A DNA stretch of 32,000 nucleotides. Source: Mycoplasmoides pneumoniae FH (lineage in GTDB: Bacteria > Bacillota_I > Bacilli_A > Mycoplasmatales > Mycoplasmoidaceae). Of this stretch, positions 31,351-32,000 are shown piece after piece. The stretch's first letter is position 1. Every line of letters starts with the position of its first letter. The stretch spans positions 452,809 to 484,808 of the forward strand of contig NZ_CP010546.1 of NCBI RefSeq assembly GCF_001272835.1. The letters run 5' to 3'. The translations under genes were made by a program, and so were the position numbers. A model generated the notes under the pieces. That model was not told where the DNA came from. It did not search any database and saw nothing but the letters and a program-made list of their open reading frames with translations.

Positions 31351-32000
31351 CAATTGCTTTTCGCTTAAATGACAGTAGTGATCGCTACCATTGGAGTAAC
31401 TATAACCTGTTCGATACAGTGGCAGCTGATATGTACCAAACGGTCATTAAAGAAACCGTTACCTTTGGTAACATGATTAGACTAAACCAACTCGAGGGCG
31501 AGAAGGAAGGTAACATCCAACAAAGTGAACTTAAATATGGTTGAACGATGTTGGACTACCGCAATATGGGGCCGCTGGAAGAGGTTAATAATTTAATTAA
31601 TATTAAGTTTAACCAACCAGTAAAAGTGGTAAGTGTTGGTGTGACCGTAAGCTATACAGCGCCTGATGGTAAACGCCAAGAGCTCAAAGATCAAGCTGAA
31701 TACCAGCACACCCTCAACCCCAATGAAGAGTTCAAACTGAACTTTCCCAGACGGCTAAGCTTTAACAGGGTAACTAAAAAGTTGGACTTTGACCCCAATG
31801 GTAGTGCCGTGTTCCTACCACAGGGTGGCTTTGGTAGCTATGAGATCAAACTGGAGGCTAATGTCGGCAACCAGTTCTACACAATTGTGGCTACTAACAG
31901 CTTTGAGTACGCCCATCCGTTTGACGATCCCAAGACCAATGACTTCTTTCTGGTGCAGTACGCTCCAGTCTACAGTCTGTTTAACTTTAGCGATTTAATT
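31236..32000 (+). CDS. Continuation of the same protein in another frame (3' end outside window)
   Basis: Frame 0 is open from after TAA 31233-31235 to the window end: SDLENKIHYFYATLEVPRTALIKREINRISEYIREELTIAFRLN...YGWTMLDYRNMGPLEEVNNLINIKFNQPVKVVSVGVTVSYTAPDG...YSLFNFSDLI. A non-overextended start would be TTG 31278 or later. Confidence 0.6.

Noticed and set aside
1264-31544. Many apparent gene fragmentations at TGA in the supplied ORF track
   Set aside because: The fragments are in the same frame, interrupted only by TGA, and rejoin to full-length conserved proteins. This is UGA=Trp (code 4), not pseudogenes.
31789-31998. 69-aa plus-strand ORF near the window end
   Set aside because: Out-of-frame shadow of the open frame 0 coding region that continues to base 32000.
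1-32000. CRISPR array, transposon, prophage or RepMP-type large repeats
   Set aside because: No regularly spaced repeats, transposase/integrase motifs or long internal duplications were seen by eye; a self-dotplot would be needed to exclude diverged repeats.

Overview
The window is one chromosomal segment from a Mollicute that reads UGA as Trp. Gene order and sequence fit Mycoplasma pneumoniae, in the region around MPN378-MPN404 (MG261-MG285 in M. genitalium). Locus names are from memory and were not searched. The supplied ORF track uses TGA as stop, so it splits many genes; the intervals below are re-joined with genetic code 4. Contents: dnaE (partial), a stand-alone 5'-3' exonuclease, fpg, two HAD hydrolases, coaE, leuS, a deoxynucleoside kinase, an MPN387-like coiled-coil gliding protein, lplA, the pdhDCBA genes, nox, apt, a SecDF-like transporter, a bifunctional RelA/SpoT, a surface cluster (two paralogous two-TM coiled-coil proteins plus a Protein M/IbpM-type immunoglobulin-binding protein), five tRNAs (Gly, Leu, Lys, Gln, Tyr), greA, proS, a small HTH-like protein, and a gene that appears split by a one-base frameshift at an A5 tract. 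No transposon, prophage or CRISPR array is visible. The main leads are: (1) the IbpM-like gene with its twin coiled-coil membrane partners; (2) a 29-aa, 9-Cys metallothionein-like ORF between pdhB and pdhC; (3) the A5-tract frameshift at ~31.235 kb; (4) an ArpU/sigma-region-4-like small protein next to it; (5) degenerate LeuRS editing motifs; (6) a 46-aa membrane ORF between greA and proS; (7) overlapping divergent promoters between the SecDF-like gene and relA/spoT.
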